A DNA stretch of 41,268 nt from Salpingoeca rosetta (taxonomy: Eukaryota; Protista; Choanoflagellata): positions 283,117-324,384 of the forward strand of contig JAWQFM010000012.1 of NCBI GenBank assembly GCA_033442325.1. The letters are read 5' to 3'. Shown here piece after piece: positions 37,414-41,268 of this stretch. Numbering within the stretch: the stretch's first letter is position 1; the number at the start of each line of letters is the position of its first letter. Both the position numbers and the translations under genes were made by a program. The notes beneath the pieces are model-generated. The model did no database searches. It worked only from the letters and a program-made list of their open reading frames with translations, and was not told where the DNA came from.

Positions 37414-37447
37414 TGTCAAACTTGACACCTGCCCTGAAATTCAGGGC
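37414..37447. promoter_or_regulatory. Two adjacent palindromes in the divergent afadin-like/KRR1 promoter region (candidate factor sites)
   Basis: TGTCAA-AC-TTGACA (37414-37427) and GCCCTGAA-A-TTCAGGGC (37431-37447), about 135 bp upstream of the KRR1 ATG. Function is inferred. Confidence 0.4.
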
Positions 37448-37580
37448 CCCCAAAAATACTCGTGGTGCATATTTTTTATTCTTTGTTTGCTGACTGGCGT
37501 GGGCCCGTCGCATGCAGCGCAACAACTGGCTACATTTCTTGCTGTTGAATACTGTTGCACAACGCGGACCACGAGGCAAC

Positions 37581-40613
<3,033 letters not shown>

Positions 40614-40856
40614 TGGGCGCTGGTGTTGCTGACGGGAGGCTGTGGTGTCGTTTATTTGGCTGTTACGTTCGCACGCGCGCGTGTACACACATACGAAGGG
40701 GTGGAATAAATGCAGCAGACACGTACGCGTCGAAGTGGGCGGCTTGGAGCCGCAGCTGCAGATGTGATTGGAAAGAGGGGGGGCGGGGAAGGAAGTACAA
40801 TACACATGTCGCCACACGCATGCGCGCGTGCACGCATGTGACCACGGGTCCAAGCA

Positions 40857-41179
40857 TTACTGCTCCTGGTCATCGTCATGTTTTGGTGCGATGTCTTTGG
40901 AGGGAAGCTTTCCTGCGTCAAAGTCGCGCCACTCGCCACCGGGCAGCACTGAGGTGTGATGGATGGGATGGTGGTGGTGGTGGTTGGATGAAGACCTATG
41001 AATTACAGTCTGAGGGGATCGTGTGTGTGTGTGTGTGTGTGTGGTAGACATACAGACAGACAGGTTGACACATGTACACAAACACACAATAATTACGTAC
41101 ATTGGAACGCTGGAAAATGTCTGTCGTGGCCTGCGGATGTGAGGATGGTTCCTGAGATGTCCCACGAAACGCGTGACGC
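40857..41179 (-). CDS. Last two exons of a Seh1/Sec13-like WD40 protein (gene continues beyond the window)
   Basis: Exon 41179-41101 ASRVSWDISGTILTSAGHDRHFPAFQ splices in phase to 40948-40857 LLPGGEWRDF...EQ*. It resembles the final blade of SEH1 (WRVSWNITGTVLASSGDD...W). Confidence 0.65.
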
Positions 41180-41268
41180 CTGCAGTCGATGTAAAGGGCA
41201 AACAAGACAATAGAGGTGAATTCAACACAACACGAGCACGAGGAGGTGCGTGCGTGCGTGTGTGTGTG

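Overview
Intron-rich, microsatellite-dense eukaryotic DNA with two N gaps. (GT/CA)n tracts lie in most introns, and the style and gene content suggest a choanoflagellate such as Salpingoeca rosetta (inference). Gene models were assembled by hand from GT-AG junctions and remembered protein families, so they need RNA-seq or alignment confirmation. Left to right: (1) a minus-strand IS630/Tc1/mariner-type DD83E transposase with an intron acceptor and a roughly 230-aa insert (polyQ, Pro-rich, two CCHC zinc knuckles, GRPRK) inside its catalytic domain; (2) NDUFA9 (+); (3) a single-exon PH-domain protein with an acidic FGDF N-terminus (-); (4) GNPTAB, the GlcNAc-1-phosphotransferase alpha/beta precursor, with nearly complete animal-type architecture (+); (5) SF3B5 (-); (6) RPL31 (+); (7) a 125-aa SR-type RRM protein (-); (8) an F-box/LRR protein with TRAF-type zinc fingers (-); (9) an afadin-like PTB-RA-partial Dilute-WW-PDZ scaffold (-); (10) KRR1 (+); (11) the last two exons of a Seh1/Sec13-like WD40 gene (-). 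The most unusual items are the elaborated transposase, the afadin-like scaffold, the F-box/TRAF-finger gene abutting the RRM gene, the PH/GNPTAB divergent pair, and introns with complementary GT and CA tracts.
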